Shown one piece after another: positions 41,835 through 57,835 of a stretch of 64,000 nt of DNA. Each line of letters opens with the position of its first letter. Positions within the stretch are counted from its first letter, which is position 1. The notes under the pieces are model-generated. The model worked only from the letters and a program-made list of their open reading frames with translations, ran no database searches and was not told where the DNA came from. Position numbers and translations under genes: made by a program. Source of the stretch: the human T2T-CHM13v2.0 reference genome, Homo sapiens; assembly GCF_009914755.1 (NCBI RefSeq), contig NC_060925.1. One strand, 5' to 3'.

Positions 41835-42505
41835 AAGTTTAACCATATTAAATTTAACTACTCTGTTCATCAAAACACCAGATAGAGAGTAAAAAGACAA
41901 GCCACAAGGTGAGAGAACATATTTGCAACATTATGTAAAAGATTAATTATTACATAAAAGAATTCCTACAGATTAACATAAAAATGATAGATAACCCAGG
42001 AGCTCTCTCCAAAGGTTTTGAATAGGCACAAAAGAGAAACTACAAATGGCCAATAAACAACATGAAAAATATTCAGCCTTATTAGTAATTGGAAAATGTA
42101 AATTAAACCCCATATATACACTAGTAGATATTTACAAGGTTGCCACATTAAAACACCTGAAGATAGCAAACAAGACTATGAAACAAAGGGAACACAAATA
42201 TATCACATGAAGAAGTATAACTGGTACGACCCCTTTCAGTTTGGCATTTCTAGTACAGTACTCAACAGCTCATCAATTGTACTCCTAAGAATATACCCCA
42301 GAGGAATCTGCGCACAGGTGCAACTAGAAGTATGTACAAGAATGTTCATGTACATTTTGGCAAAAAAAAAAAAAAAAGCTAGAAACAACCTAAACATCCA
42401 TCAGTGAAGAATAGATAAATAACTATGGTATACTCTTACAATGGAATACTACTGAGCAATGAAAATGAATGACCAGTAGCTACATGCAACAACCTGGTTA
42501 ATCCC
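41835..42505 (+). mobile_element. L1ME-type ORF2 3' fragment
   Basis: CAAATGGCCAATAAACAACATGAAAA..TACAATGGAATACTACTGAGCAATGAAAATGAATGA. Confidence 0.8.
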
Positions 42506-42843
42506 AGTGGGCAGGAAGTGGTAAAAGTATGGAAGAGGTATGTCCATGGTCCCTCATGACTGATGGCTTTGCCTTCTTTGAGGTTCTTCATCCATTATCC
42601 CCTCTTGCAACATACAAAGTGAGTATTGGATTAAGCCCTCTTAGGAGCAATGCAGATTTCACAGCTTGGTCCTGCTGGTGCAGACGTGGGGGCCCAAGTG
42701 CTGCTTTAAGGCATAAATGCTTAAAGAGTTTTTTACTGATGAGGCTTGCAATTTATTTGCCAATTAGTTCCCTCAAAAACTGAGAAGGTTACAGTCAGCT
42801 CCATGGACCAGTCACCACTCCCAAAGTTCTTTCCTGGGTATAG

Positions 42844-42902
42844 TTCTTCTTTGTCTTCTTCTTCTTTTTATTTTTCTTCTTCTTCTTCTTTTTATTTTTC
42901 TT

Positions 42903-42968
<66 letters not shown>
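42844..42968. repeat. Compound microsatellite ending (TTC)11(TTA)12
   Basis: Direct reading; TTC 42898-42930, TTA 42931-42966. Confidence 0.95.
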
Positions 42969-43111
42969 GCCAAACTTTTTTTTGCCTCAGCATAAAAAGG
43001 ACACTGGCTTTCCAGTACATAATATCAATTTTCTTATCGCTCAACTGCTGAGACAATGCCACATATTTCAGATTTTGATAAAAGCAATGCTGTATTTTCT
43101 ATACTAATTTC

Positions 43112-43865
43112 TATATTAGTATAACATTAGGTTTCTCTAACAGAGACCAATCAATAATTCCATACCTTAAAGAAAATAAAAGAGGCCGGGCACAGTGGCT
43201 CACACCTGTAATCCAGCACTTTGGGAGGCTGAGGCTGGCAGATCGCTTGAGGCCAGGAGTTCAAGAGCAGCCTGGGCAACATGGCGAAACCCTGTCTCTA
43301 CTAAAAGTACAAAAATTAGCTGGGCATGGTGGTGTGCGCCTGCAGTTCCAGCTACTTGGGGGGCTGAGGCAGGAGGATGGCTTGAACCTGGGAAGTTGAG
43401 GCTGGAGTGAGCTGAGTTGGCGCCATGCACTCCAGCCTGGGTGACAAAGTAAAACACTGTCACAAAAAAAAAAAAAAAAAAAAAAAAAAGATAAAAGTTT
43501 GGTTTTTTTCTCACATATCAGTTCAAGGTGGGCATTCCAAGGAGTAGGTGGCTCTGTTCCACCTAATCATTCAGGGATCTAAGTTTTTTCCATCTTGTTG
43601 CTCCTCTATTCCCTAGGCCTTGCTGTTATCTGCATGGTCCTGGTTGAATCATTGCTGTGTCTCAGTCTCAATGTGTGGAAATGGGGAAGAGACTGGGGAG
43701 GAAACACATTCAGGTGTAGTCCTGGAAGTGACACACAGCACTTGTGCTCACATTCCTTTGGAGGAAATTTATCCACTTGGCCATATCTGACTACAAGGAA
43801 GGCTGAGACATGTGACTGGGATGAGGAGGAAAATGGGTTCTGGTGAGCAATTAGACCAAAAATGT
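43112..43865 (-). mobile_element. MLT1(H/J)-type LTR split by AluJ
   Basis: TCATTCAGGGATCTAAG..CCTGGAAGTGACACACAGCACTTGTGCTCACATTCC. Confidence 0.65.
43184..43489 (+). mobile_element. AluJ
   Basis: Dimer, long poly-A, TSD AA(A/G)ATAAAAG. Confidence 0.94.
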
Positions 43866-44124
43866 TCAATCTCAAGCCTTCAAGTTATTTTGCTGCTTTG
43901 AGAATAGAATGAGACTCAGAATATTGACCATAAAGTCAGAGCTACATAGAAGACCAGAAATATAAGACACAGTTCTCCTGTCATGTATATTATCTACAAA
44001 AAGCCAAGCAATTTCACATCTTTTTTAATGATTAAAGTAATATATTTACTTTTCTTTGAAAATTTCCCATGTTGGCTATATGTTCATTATCCATTGATCC
44101 AATGTGAACAGGGGGGTTTTGATT

Positions 44125-44950
<826 letters not shown>

Positions 44951-45985
44951 TATCGATTTCACCATATCTTGCCAAATCAGTGGGGAATTGAGATCTTAAA
45001 TAATTTTTAGCAAACCAGACATGGGAAAAAGAAATTAATTGTGTGGGGCTCTGATAACTAATTTAAGATATATGAATTTCATATTTACACTCTTTAATTA
45101 AAAAAAAAAGAAAAGGAAAAAGAAAGCCTAGCACAGTGCCTGGCATAAAGTAGGCACTTAAATGTCAGTTCCCCTTCCTGTGAATTCCCTTTCAGCATGT
45201 TTATTCCTCTCCAGGGGCTGTCCTGGCTCACCTAAAACCAAGTGATGTAATCCAGGATGGCAGAGGGAGCTGCTGCTGCCCAGAGGGCCCAGAGCAAAGG
45301 TGGTGGCAGCAATGTAATGTCAAGGGTTGTCTAGTAAAATGGCAAGTGCCACTACTGGGGAGCAGCACCCTGAACACCGAGAGGTGGTGACGACCTACAT
45401 AACCCATGCACAGCCTTCTCCTCACTCATCCAGGACCCTCCTAGCTGGCTCTCCCCTTCTCACCCCTCTCTCCTCTAATAGCCACATCCTATAGCCTCAA
45501 GGCCACTATCACTGGCTTGCCGTGGGAAGGAAACAGCCTGTAAGGGCTACAGCAGCAGGGGGGCACGTGTTATGTAGCCCCCCACTGCAGGAGCTCACCC
45601 ATTGCATGCGTGCACCTGCTGCCTAACTGATGGGGACAGGGGTGATCCCCCAGTAGGCACTTCACTTCTTGTTTGTTCTGTTCAGGCAGGTCAGAAAGTG
45701 CAGGAATGTGATGTGATAGATTTTCCTAAGTTCAATTAGGGCGATTAAATAGATGTCTCTATTTTTGGATGTTTGAGTAAATTCCTGTCTGGATTGCCTA
45801 AGCGAAAGGTCACTCCCGTTGAATCTAAAGCCTCATGTTGAACTATGTCCACCGTCAAGAAGCGAGCATCCATAAGGAGAGGAAGAAAAGGACAGGACAC
45901 CAACGACATTGCTATTTGGGAAGCTCCCTGGGAAAGAATAAGCATGAAGATTATTATGTTGAGCTCTAAAACAAAACACTCAGAA

Positions 45986-45987
<2 letters not shown>

Positions 45988-46024
<37 letters not shown>
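45988..46024. repeat. (CA)n microsatellite
   Basis: Direct reading. Confidence 0.97.
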
Positions 46025-46026
<2 letters not shown>

Positions 46027-46224
46027 TTGACACCAGTTGTATGTGAAGCCTTGTGCTAGGTATGAAAAGGAAAGAGGAAGAAGCCCTTGTTCTGAAGTCC
46101 TTCAGTTGCACAAAGAAACAGGGAAGACAAACTTATCCTAAAAGAAATGTTAGTGAAGTAAAACATAGCATGCTCCATATGTCAGAGGGAAGGGACAGTG
46201 AATGAAATGAATCTGGAAAAAAAA

Positions 46225-46680
46225 TGAGTTTGTTTAATCATTCATTTATTCTTTCAATCATTCACTCTACAGACATTTACTAAGTACGAAGTATGTGCCA
46301 TCCACTGTGATAGGGACTAGAGACACATCACCAACTGGACACAGACCTTGCCCTTCAGGGGCCCCTGGGTAGAAGTGGGAGACAGATAGCTAAGCAAGTA
46401 GAAGCAGGAATGTGTCATCGGGGCTATCATAGACATGGGGACAAGGTTCAGGGTGAAGCCAACCAGGAGGGAGTCTGTGGGCAGAGGCCAGGAGGAGGCT
46501 TGGGAGAAGCGGTGGCGAAGGTGGCAGTTCTGACAAGCAGGTGTGTGGCAAGCAGGCGCAGTTCTGGGGTGGTGAGAGTGAAGGTGGGAGCTAGTGCTGG
46601 GAGACGGCAGAGGCTTAGGAAGCCAAGCTCCTAAAGGAATTTCTCCTGCTCCATGCCATTAAAATGTGGAAAGCAACAGT
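46225..46680 (-). mobile_element. L2 fragment
   Basis: TCATTCATTTATTC..ACAGACATTTACTAAGTAC..TATGTGCCA. Confidence 0.7.
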
Positions 46681-47015
46681 GTTGTAGGAAAGATGCCCAC
46701 TGTTCTAGGGAGAATGTGATGATGGAGATAGGTGTGTGACCACTGAACTCTGTGAACTAGCTTCATTGCTGCTGGTCAGCTCCTGTGCTCATCAGAGCAG
46801 CTGGCTCTCAGGCTGGTGACACCTAATTGGCACAGGGGCCACCTTGATGATGCAAAGAGCACGCTGTCTCACCAGACCTCCTTTTAGGAAATGTTACTTT
46901 AAAACTGCCACTCTGAAGCAGACAGAAAAGAAGCAGGAGCTCCTCATGGACTCTGCATAGGTGCAAACTTGTGTTGGAAGACTGGCTCCTTATTTAACAA
47001 ATAGACAAAGCACTT

Positions 47016-47555
47016 GTATTAGTAAGAGCTTATTGGTTGTGAGTCATGGGCACTCAAGCTGGCATAAGTAATAAGAATCAATTTATTATAAAGCTATAGG
47101 GCTGTCTCTTTACTGGAGGGCAGGAAGGCCCCGGATCCCAGGAAGAACCAAAAACAGGGAAGTGGGCAGCCACCCACAGGGAGCCAAGTGGTGCCTCTCT
47201 CTGTCTCTGTATCTCTCTAGGCATCTGCTTCCTCTTTCTCTCTCTCTCTGTCTCTGTCTCTCCCTCCCTCCTCCCCTCCCTGACCACCTCCTACTCCCAT
47301 CTTCCTCTGTCTCAGCATAGCAGAATATGACCATCCCTTGCCCTTGCTTCAAATTACAGCTCCCATCCCACGGAAAGCGTGGATCTGTCTTGGACACAAT
47401 TCCAGATGTGTGCTCTCTCGGGGAGGGGCTCTGACTCAGCCAAGGACAGACAGCAGGGTTCACACTGAATGGAGGGTGCTAGGAGCAACCACTGTGGGCA
47501 AGGGGCAGTGAAGAGGGCTCTTGTGAGTTAGGCAGGCACCCCCAAAGCCATAGTT
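47016..47555 (-). mobile_element. Old MLT1-type LTR with CT-rich tract
   Basis: TGTATTAGTAAGAGCTTATTGGTTG..GGCTCTGACTCAGCCAAGGACAG. Confidence 0.55.
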
Positions 47556-47620
47556 CTTCATATCTCTGGCCCCTGGTCCCTGGAGACAATGGTCACTGCT
47601 TTACCTGGCTATTGGACTGA

Positions 47621-48276
<656 letters not shown>

Positions 48277-48584
48277 TAATGACTATATTTAGGAATGTTA
48301 GGTTCATATGGTGATTAGATATCTTCCCTCTCAAAGTCTAAGACTGTGGACTGAGAGACTTTTCTGAACACCCAGGACATTGCCACACATCTCATGTTTA
48401 CCTGGTTATATTTGTTGAGTCATCATATTTTCATAGGAAGGGCAATTTCCATTTATAGCCTCATAAAAGGAATCTCAGGAAGTCATTTATTTCGGGTCAC
48501 TGCCTTTGGCCAGGATAAGACTTCAGCTTCCTAAATAAATGAGTGTGTATTTTATTTGTACTCCCACATAAGCCTATGGTTGTA

Positions 48585-49370
<786 letters not shown>

Positions 49371-49657
49371 GTGGGGGTGGGAGTAGGACCTTCTTTGTTC
49401 TAGAGCTAGCTACTGTGGTTTTAGGAATGCTGTGTGAATTTGAGCTAGCTTTTTCTTTTATTTTTGGTAGAACGATCTCAATTTTGGTTCATATTAAGTT
49501 TTAAAATCCTCGTTTTTTTAATCATGGAAAATTCAGGGGAGAAAAAGCAAAACATGCAAAGATAAAGAAGAGAACAACAACCATATTGTAACCTTACCTC
49601 TTCAAGATAAGTATTGTTCACATTTTGGTATATATTCTTCCAGGCATTTTCTATGCG

Positions 49658-49761
49658 TACACACATTCTCTCTCTCTCTCTCTCACACACACACTCACAT
49701 GCAGACATGAACACACAGACACACGTACACATGAACACACACACACACACACACACACACA
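49658..49761. repeat. (CT)n/(CA)n compound repeat after an L1M fragment (about 49480-49655)
   Basis: Direct reading. Confidence 0.9.
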
Positions 49762-49777
49762 AGTGGGATTAAGCATC

Positions 49778-50218
49778 TGTGGTAAATTAAAAATGACTCC
49801 TAATTCTTTGCCACTCCCCGCACTGAACGGTGGGGTCTGTTTCCACTCCCTGTGTATCCAGGCTGGGCCTGAGACTAATCTGTACCAATAGATTGAAGTG
49901 GAAGTAACACTGGGTAGCTTCCAAGGCTGGGTCTTGAGAGACCTCAACTTCTGCCTTCATCTCTCGGAGCCCAGCCACCATGTGAGGAGGACTCACTAGC
50001 CATGTGAAGAGGCGCACATGGAGGAGAATGGAATCCTGTGGCTGAGAACGCCAGTAAAGCTCCAGATGGTCCCAGTACCAAATGTGAGCTGCCCCAGAGC
50101 CCCAGTCAGTACCAAGTGATACAGAACAATCCACAGAATCATGGGAAGTAGTAAATTGTCATTTTAAGCCACTAAATTTTGGGATAGTTTGCTAAAACAG
50201 CAATTGATGACTGAAACA
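49778..50218 (+). mobile_element. MLT1E/F MaLR LTR
   Basis: TGTGGTAAATTAAAAATG...TTTTAAGCCACTAAATTTTGGG..CAGCAATTGATGACTGAAACA. Confidence 0.82.
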
Positions 50219-50239
50219 ACTACACAGAAAAATAGTATT

Positions 50240-50478
50240 ACATCGTGCTTACTATGTGCTCGGCGGTTATAATTTTTAAATACATATTAACTCACATAAC
50301 CCTTACATTAACCTGATGCAGTAAGTACTATGATTTTATATTATTATCCCCACTTTACAGATGAGGAACCTGAGGTGCAAGTGAGCAAGCAATGGGGCTG
50401 GGATTTGAACCTGGGCAGTCCATTAGGATCCATGCTCTAAACCATCTGTGCTCTAAACCATCATATCCCACTGCCTCT
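50240..50478 (-). mobile_element. MIR
   Basis: CCCCACTTTACAGATGAGGAACCTGAGG; contains TGCTCTAAACCATC x2. Confidence 0.85.
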
Positions 50479-50674
50479 CTGCTGCTTCCTTTCATTTAAG
50501 ACATCACGAACAACTTTAATGTCAAGAAATATCAACCTACAACATGATACTTCAAGCTACATGTTGAAATCTGTTGAAATACTGATTTGAGCTCCAAAGT
50601 ACTAGCAATCTCTTCTAGTTTGGGGATTATCTTCAGTGGATTTATAGCCTATTAATGTCTTTGAGTGTTGGTAA

Positions 50675-50971
<297 letters not shown>

Positions 50972-51107
50972 TTTTTTTTAGGGTTGAAGTTTTTGAATAA
51001 GACAGAACTCAGGAATGAGCCTCCATGCACCCACCTGAGATCTTCCAGAGCAACATCATTCAGTAATAGACTGTAAGTGTAGATTGTTTAAAAATCTAGT
51101 ATCTGAC

Positions 51108-51314
51108 CAGTGTTCTATGATCTTAGCCACTTGTTCCCAAGTGCAGGGTGAGAGACAGGCCACATAAGAATAACCTGGTACTTACAAAAAAGTACAGACT
51201 CACAGGCCTTGCCCCAGACCCCCGAGTAATAGCATTGCTGAAAATGGAGCCCCGGAATCTGTATTCTAACATCCCTCCATGTGATGCTGATGACAGCTAG
51301 GTTTGGGAACCATT
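51108..51314. mobile_element. MER5A-like hAT-Charlie element
   Basis: GGAATCTGTATTCTAAC..GTGATGCTGATG..GTTTGGGAACCATTG. Confidence 0.7.
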
Positions 51315-51502
51315 GATCTAATCACCATTTCTCCTTCTTATCCATATTGATGGATTTATTGAATCCTCTACCAAATTCCAAGTCCACTAAGGGAATTTGC
51401 TAGTGACCATTTGAGAAATGTCCTGGCTCTGCTCTTCACCAGCTATATGATTTCATCTCTGGACATTTTTTATCTGTCAAATAAGGAAGTTGGATTAATT
51501 AT

Positions 51503-51900
51503 TGCAGTGGATGCCATGGTGCTGTGGTGAGCCCACACATCCCATCTTCAAGATCCAGTCACTCATTCCCTCAACTGTTGGCAGTGTTGGTTGGCTGCTG
51601 CCAGTTCTCAGGTGTTCCAAGTTCACGTTTCCTCCAGGGGTGAAGCCCGTGTCCATTGACTGGTTGATGAGGAAGTATAACCTAACCTCCTACACCCTTG
51701 TCTCAAGGTGGGCCAACTGTGAAGAGTTGTCCCATGGGTTTGGCCTGAGACCTCTGTTGCATCTACACCACAGTTCAACCCATCCCTCTGCCCTTGCACT
51801 CTCTTCACTCCCCCATAGGTGTGGGTCCCAAGGGCATTCCTCAATAAGCTTCTTGCACACAACCTCTATCTCAGTAGTTTCCTAAGAAACCCACTACCAC
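51503..51900 (+). mobile_element. LTR16-family (ERVL) LTR
   Basis: TGCAGTGGATGCC..CACTCATTCCCTCAACTG..CTCAATAAGCTTCTTGCAC. Confidence 0.68.
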
Positions 51901-52814
51901 AATGACTGTTGGCACAATGATCTTTTGCTTCTGACTTGGATTGAGTTGACAGCAAAGATGCCTCTTAGGACCTTTTCAAACACCTTGGGCTCGTTGTTGA
52001 GCTTGAAGAGCCTTCTTCTCTTCAGCCTCCTCCCATTCATTCTTCATTCATTGAGCAAACTTATTGTACCCCTACTATGTGCCAGGCCCTAAGCTCAGCT
52101 GGGTATTCAGAGACTTGCCTGTGTCTCAAATAGTGGAAAAGAATAAGCACTTAGAAGCTGAATGGCTCCTCTGTCTCTGTGATTTGTTATCACTGTGCTG
52201 TTTCCCAAGCTATGGGACTAGTCCATCTTCTTGTCCTGAACTTCACCTAATAGGCCTCTTTATTGCCCTGCCCACGGTTTGTAAGGCCCCTCTCTGTAGT
52301 GACTTTAATCTTCCTGACACTATTCTTATGAGTTTGTGTCTTTCTTTCTATTCCCTTTTTAGCTTCCAGGTTCCTTCTTCCAGCTCTTGCAGCCAGCGTG
52401 GGCAAGGGCCAACATCAATGTTTTATCCATTTAGGACACTAGTGTCTATTTCAGCCTTATGGGGCTTTCAGTAGTAGAAAATTTGGGGAAAAGGGTCTCA
52501 AAACCTTCCAGATGGGCTGGGGCAGAAGTAGGGGCTCAGAGTCCAGTTTCCATCCAATAATCCATGTAGGGCCAACCCACCTCAGGCAAAACTGAAATTA
52601 ATCAGACATTGCTGCTGCCACCCCTCTTTTGGTCAACTCCAGCCCCTGAGGGTGTTCTTCAGCCCCATCTCCCCATTCGCCTTCACAGATCTGCAGCCTT
52701 CCTACTTTATTTTCTGAACACTTCCCCCTTCCTTTGCTGTCAATCATTTTCATTTTTTACTTGAATGAGTCTGAGTCACAATCCACCTTTTCCAGGGATT
52801 ATCTCATTTTAAGC

Positions 52815-53108
<294 letters not shown>

Positions 53109-53239
53109 TCATTTTAAGCTTTTTCTTACGCCACGTTGCAACCTGAAAGGCTTTGTCCACTGGACAAAGCATCAACAGACACTTAGAATACAGAGGGCTC
53201 TTTTTTAGCCCTTTGCAATCACATGACGTCCAAGGGCTT

Positions 53240-53920
53240 GTCACTGAACCAATGTAACTATCTAGCACAAGAGCAGAAAGGAATCAAATCCAACACTCTC
53301 ATTGTATAGATGAGGAAACCAAGGAACAGTGAAGTCAAGCAACTTTCCCAAGGTCATTACCAGAACAAGAAAGGAAGACACCTTCTACAAGGAAAGAGTA
53401 TACAGATGGTACATTTTAGGAAGGGCACGGCCTGTGGAAGGTGCTAATTTCTAGATGCTACTTTAGAGTATGACTTTGATTGATTACTTGCAAAAGTAGA
53501 CCTATGCTTGTTAGTTATGCCTCTTTCACCTGCTACTCCTCCACAGTTGGTCAAGACCAAGCCCTAGTCATCCTTATTGATTGAATTAGGAGCCAAATCT
53601 AGGTTCTAGTCCTCCTAATTCTACTACTTACAAGTTGCCTCACCTTAGGAACGCCATTTAACTGCTGTCTCCTTATTTTCCCAGTCTGGCCTTGTCCTCA
53701 CCGTTGTGGGGTATCAGGCAAGATAAAGCACACAAAGTCTCTCTGCATGCCGGAGAGCATTTTGCAGCATGAGGAGATGTTTTCTGCCCCACCTATGTAC
53801 TAGAATCCTCCAAGGAGCCCGTAATGTGAGTGTAGGGGTCAGGGGCAGGCTGGTGACTGGATGCTTTTGTTTAAGTTCCACCAGTGATTTTGATGCACAT
53901 CCAAATGTGGAAACCACTGA
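53240..53920. mobile_element. MIR fragments and MER5-like remnant
   Basis: ATAGATGAGGAAACCAAGG..CCCAAGGTCA; AAGTTCCACCAGTGATTTTGATGCACA..AAACCACTG. Confidence 0.6.
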
Positions 53921-54161
53921 CAAAGTACAAAAGACAAACAGGAGAAGAGAAATAAATTGTGAGCTAAAGATGCAGGCATGTTTTAAGCTCTCTTTAGAGT
54001 GGATAACTAAGGGCCAACTTAGAGAACAATTAAATTGCCCATCTTTTTCAAGGTACCTGAAACCCTAATCTCAAGTCCCTTTTTTCTTCCTGGAAAAGAT
54101 GTATATGACTTCAATTACATTACTTTTCTTACCTAGCAATCTAAACACACACTGAAGATTT

Positions 54162-54162
54162 C

Positions 54163-54202
<40 letters not shown>
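54162..54202. repeat. (CA)n microsatellite
   Basis: Direct reading. Confidence 0.96.
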
Positions 54203-54204
<2 letters not shown>

Positions 54205-54679
54205 CGTGAATCATCTCTGCCTGGTTGCATGCTGAAGTCAGATTCCGAGTAATGTCTGTTATTCTTTAACCTCTGAGTAATCACTCTGGCCCTGGTCTGC
54301 TCTTTATCGTCCAGGAAAACAATCTGATCAAGCCTTGGATGATGGATTCATAGTTGCTCAAGTCTCCAGAGTGCTGTATAAACCAGACTATTAATTTATT
54401 CCATGGGGATATTCTGTGAAAGTCCTACTTCTCCTTTTTAATAATTGAGTGGCCTCGAGCAAGTCACTCAATCTCTCTAGGTCTCTAAGATGATTATGAT
54501 CACTAAGCATCACTCTTTACAAAGTATTTCCTTCTTTGTGACATCTCTCTTTAAAATGTCAGTTGAATGTTCTCAGAAACTTGTTGCAGTGGGCATAACA
54601 TTAAAGAAAATGGGTAAGAATGAGAACACTGAATTTAAGGAACATTTCATTCAGTCCATGGGACACCAGAGTGGACAGC

Positions 54680-54936
54680 TGTGACTTGTGTCTGCTCAGC
54701 ACTTCTTCTGCTCTTCAGGGGACAGAACTTCCTTCCATGGGGGAACTGCTCCTTTCTTCTTCCACCTGGTTGTGAGGAGGCTGCTGATCAAAGGACCCTG
54801 GCCTCCTCTTCTTCGGCCACAGGGGTGGGCATGTGACCCTGATTCAACCGTAATAACAACCTACTCACCTAGCCACAGTGATTGATCTGGGAATTCATCC
54901 AAGGATCAATCTGAAAAGAGAGAGAGAGAGAGAAAA

Positions 54937-55005
<69 letters not shown>

Positions 55006-55585
55006 AGGAAGGAAGGAAGGAAGGAAGGAAGGAAGGAAGGAAGGAAGGAAGGAAAGAAAGGAAGGAAGGAAGAAAGGAAGAAAGAAAGAAGGAAGGAAAG
55101 AAAGAACAAGAAAGAAAGGAAGAAGGAAAGAAAGAAGAAAAGAAAGAAAGAGAGAGAAAGAAAAAGAAAGAAAGAAAGAAAAAGAAAAAGAAAGAAAGAA
55201 AGACAAAGAAAGAAAGAAAAAGAAAAAGAAAGAAACAAAGGGAAAGAAAGAAAAAGCAAGCCAGGGATTTTTCTAAATTAAGCTTGTAGGGAAAAGTATC
55301 TTCCCTTTCTGGTCAAGGCGCTTTATCAATATGACCCCATGTGCCACATGAGAAGGCTGGGAGGACAAGGCCACCAGCCAGAAGGAAGAAGAAATGAGGC
55401 AGTGAGAGACAGAGATGGAAACAAGGAAAGGGTCTGTGGTGTCGAGTTCCCAGGTCTGACTCTTCCTGGCGTCATCTGGCAATTGTTCTTTTGATTCCTC
55501 GAGCTACCCCAGAGCTTTCCCCAAAAGTCACTCTCTCTTTTTTTCTCACTTAGGTCAGTTTGTTTTAGAATTTCTACCACTTGCA
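54680..55585 (+). mobile_element. Old MLT1-type LTR split by purine microsatellite
   Basis: GGGGTGGGCATGTGACC..CCTAGCCACAGTGATTG..TTTCTACCACTTGCAAC. Confidence 0.6.
54913..55258. repeat. Complex polypurine microsatellite: (GA)n, (GAAA)16, (GGAA)12, degenerate GAAA
   Basis: GAAA 54940-55003; GGAA 55007-55054; only four C and no T in the tract. Confidence 0.97.
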
Positions 55586-55639
55586 ACTTAGTCTTGATGA
55601 ACAGAAACTCTCCGACAGTTTTCCTCTCAACTATACCTT

Positions 55640-55908
55640 AAAAGAAACGTGGTCCCAAATTTGAGGCTCTATGTCCTCTTGTCACCTGGCCCTTGACGGC
55701 AGCCAGTCTTGTCTTGCTTTCTGCAAGCTGCACCTTGTTCACCCACGCCAGGCCAAGCAGTGACTCTCGTGATTCTTCACCTCCCCTTTTCAGATCTTTA
55801 CTTCCCCACTTTCCCCACTGCATTGTGTAAGATCTCATTCTTATAATAAATACCTTAGTCCATAATAATCAGTGGTTCTGCTTCCATGGTTTGGCCCTGA
55901 TTAATGCA
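55640..55908 (+). mobile_element. MLT2/ERVL-type LTR 3' fragment
   Basis: TATAATAAATACC..GTGGTTCTGCTTCC..CCCTGATTAATGCA. Confidence 0.5.
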
Positions 55909-55949
55909 AATGCTATTGGGTTGGCCCTGACAAAGAAGCTTCCTTCTTC

Positions 55950-56447
<498 letters not shown>

Positions 56448-57321
56448 TGACCTCTGCCTGGTTTCCTTTTGCACTATTTCCTGAGCTCCATTCCCAGTCG
56501 CAATTCTGTGTCTGGCAGGCAGCCTGAAGATTTAACACAGGCTGGCACCCAGCAAAGGCAAATGCCAAGATGCCCTGCCCAGAGCTTCCCACTCATTATT
56601 TCCAATTAGAAAATGTCACTAGGGAAGAAAACAAATACGCTCAAAGATAACTCAGAGAGCACTGTGTGTTTGTTGCCTGGAATAGATGCCAAATAAATAT
56701 TTTATCAAAGGAATTTACATAGTAAAACTATTTGAGTTGGAAATTATCCAGGAATACTTTCAAAATGAACATGGTGGTTTTTTATTTTATTTTATTTTAT
56801 TTATTTTTTATTTTTTGGTAGTATGCATGGATTTGAAATTCCCCCTGGGAGCTGGCTCTGTTTTTGATGAGCTCAAGGTCTCTTCCAGCTCTGTGATGAT
56901 GGCTCAAAGGCCAGAGCTTCTGATCCCAGCCCAGCCATTGCTCAATGTGAGTCAGCTGAACTCTCTAGACTTTGCCTAGTCTATCTGGATCAATGAAATA
57001 ATCAGAGAAAAAAAAATCAAAATCATTGTATCTTAGGCTTGGAAGCAACCTTACAGGTTATCCCTAATTAAGGAAGCTGGCTGTTGTCTGTCTCCATCCA
57101 ACCCCTCTGGCTTCGCCAGACCCGTCACTTAGCTGGGACCCCGTGGCCATACAGTATTGTCTTCTCTCAGCAGGCAGATGCTGGGTATGGTGACTCAGGC
57201 CTCTGTCCAAGAGTTGGGACAAGTGTCTAATGCAGAATTTTCTTCATGTAGAATTAGACACTGTAAATCTTAAAAGGACATTGTTACCCAGGTTGACATG
57301 GGACATGTGAGAGGAAGAATA

Positions 57322-57618
57322 GGCCAGGCGCAGTAGCTCACACCTGTAATCCCAGCACTTTGGGAGGCCAATGTGGGCGGATCACGAGGTCAGGAGTTCA
57401 AGACCAGGCTGGCCAACATGGTGAAACCCCATCTCTACTAAAAATACAAAAATTAGCTGGGCGTGGTGTTGTGTGCCTATAATCCCAGCTACTCGGGAGG
57501 CTGAGGCAGGAGAATCACTTGAACCAGGGAGTCAGAGGTTGCAGTGAGCCAAGATCGCGCCATTGCACTCTAGCCTGGTGACAGAGCGAGATGCTGTCTC
57601 AAAAAAAGAAAAAAAAAA
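57322..57618 (+). mobile_element. AluSg-like
   Basis: GGATCACGAGGTCAGGAGTTC; TSD AAGAATA. Confidence 0.95.
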
Positions 57619-57639
57619 GAATAATGTATTGGAAACAAG

Positions 57640-57835
57640 AATGAAGCAGGTAGCTACTGTTCTTAGGCACCTAGTATGTGCTACACAATTTATATCTATG
57701 TTAACATTTAGTCCTCACAACCACCAAGGAGGCTCTCTCCAATTTACAAATGAGGAAACTGAGGTCCGGTAATCCCAAGTAGTATCCCTCGAGTTGCACA
57801 ATTGGTGATTGGCAGATTTGGGATGCCAGACACTT
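57640..57835 (-). mobile_element. MIR
   Basis: TTTACAAATGAGGAAACTGAGG. Confidence 0.8.

Noticed and set aside
45548-45568. CTCF-like CAGCAGGGGGGC
   Set aside because: Mismatches at core positions of the CCASYAGRKGGC consensus
54878-55276. K/E/R-rich and F/L/S-rich ORFs
   Set aside because: Translation of the GAAA/GGAA microsatellite
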